The notes under the pieces: model-generated
What the model was told of the DNA's origin: nothing
The model's database searches: none
Seen by the model: the letters and a program-made list of their open reading frames with translations, nothing else
DNA from: an uncultured Candidatus Saccharibacteria bacterium
Lineage (GTDB): Bacteria; Patescibacteriota; Minisyncoccia; Minisyncoccales; UBA10102
DNA: 64,000 nucleotides
Assembly: GCA_964359655.1 (NCBI GenBank)
Contig: CAYHVI010000001.1
Span: forward strand, 3,164-67,163
Reading direction: 5' to 3'
Part shown: positions 63,407 through 64,000 of the stretch, piece after piece
Position numbering within the stretch: the stretch's first letter is position 1
How the letters are laid out: each line of letters begins with the position of its first letter
Translations under genes and position numbers: made by a program

Positions 63407-64000
63407 ATGTCAGGGCATAGTCACTGGGCAGGCATTAAACATAAAAAAGGTTTAGCTGACGCCAAACGAAGTCAGATTTTTTCAAAATTGGCAAAAGAAC
63501 TCACCATTGCTGCGAGAGAAAGTGGGGGCGGCAATCCCATGGCTCATCCAAGGGTCAGAACCGTTATGGAGAAGGCAAAAGAAGTAAATATGCCTTCAGA
63601 AAATGTAGAAAGGGCAATAAAAAAGGGTACCGGGGAAGATACCGTGCAGCTTGAGGAAATGTTTATTGAAGCATACGGACCCGGAGGAATTGCGCTTTTA
63701 ATCTCTGCGATTACCGATAACCGCAATCGCACCATAGGTGAAATTAAGCAGGTATTGCAAAGAAATCAAGGGAAAATGGTGGAGGGAGGCGCAGTAAGAT
63801 GGCTTTTTGAACGCAAAGGAGTGGCAACCGTAGATCAAAGCGAAACAAATCTTGCTCTTCAAAAAGAAGCGTTCGAGCTTCTCGCAATTGAGGCTGGCGC
63901 AGAAGACCTTTATTGGCACAACCGCAACCTTGATATGTATGCCAATCCTGCGAACCTAGCTTCTCTCAAGGAAAAACTCCAGGAAAAGGGGCTACAGGTC
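63407..64000 (+). CDS. yebC: YebC/PmpR family protein, 3'-truncated by the window edge
   Basis: MSGHSHWAGIKHKKG, NMPSENVERAIKKG, EAYGPGG, TDNRNRT. Confidence 0.95.
   Translation, partial: MSGHSHWAGIKHKKGLADAKRSQIFSKLAKELTIAARESGGGNPMAHPRVRTVMEKAKEVNMPSENVERAIKKGTGEDTVQLEEMFIEAYGPGGIALLISAITDNRNRTIGEIKQVLQRNQGKMVEGGAVRWLFERKGVATVDQSETNLALQKEAFELLAIEAGAEDLYWHNRNLDMYANPANLASLKEKLQEKGLQV

Noticed and set aside
1-64000. Alternative genetic code (TGA=Gly as in Gracilibacteria/Absconditabacteria)
   Set aside because: Conserved genes are full length under code 11 and several end properly at TGA (tatD, acs, uvrB)

Overview
Gene-dense bacterial chromosome segment with the gene content and style of Patescibacteria/CPR (Parcubacteria-like; inference). 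It carries housekeeping genes (metG, glyQS, ileS, argS, metK, recO, smpB-ssrA, infC-rpmI-rplT, polX, greA-like, murE, ruvA/ruvB, uvrB, holA, polA, tsaE, PilB-like ATPase, yebC), tRNA-Arg(CCG) and tmRNA. These are interleaved with small accessory insertions that carry strong Shine-Dalgarno sites. Main observations: (1) two PaaX-like/Cas2-like-domain genes, each bracketed by its own pair of 36-38 bp palindromic direct repeats; (2) four leader-peptide attenuators with alternative hairpins, ahead of a GC-rich orphan trpE, an unknown gene pair, the phosphoketolase-acs operon and a greA-like gene; (3) a three-gene island with a GHKL/MORC-like ATPase whose catalytic Glu appears to be Gln; (4) a 608-aa protein ending in a HicA-like domain next to tRNA-Arg; (5) in-frame heptamer and REP-like insertions inside conserved enzymes; (6) two inverted-repeat-bounded intergenic elements; (7) several unusual fusions. 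All family calls come from reading motifs by eye; no searches were run.
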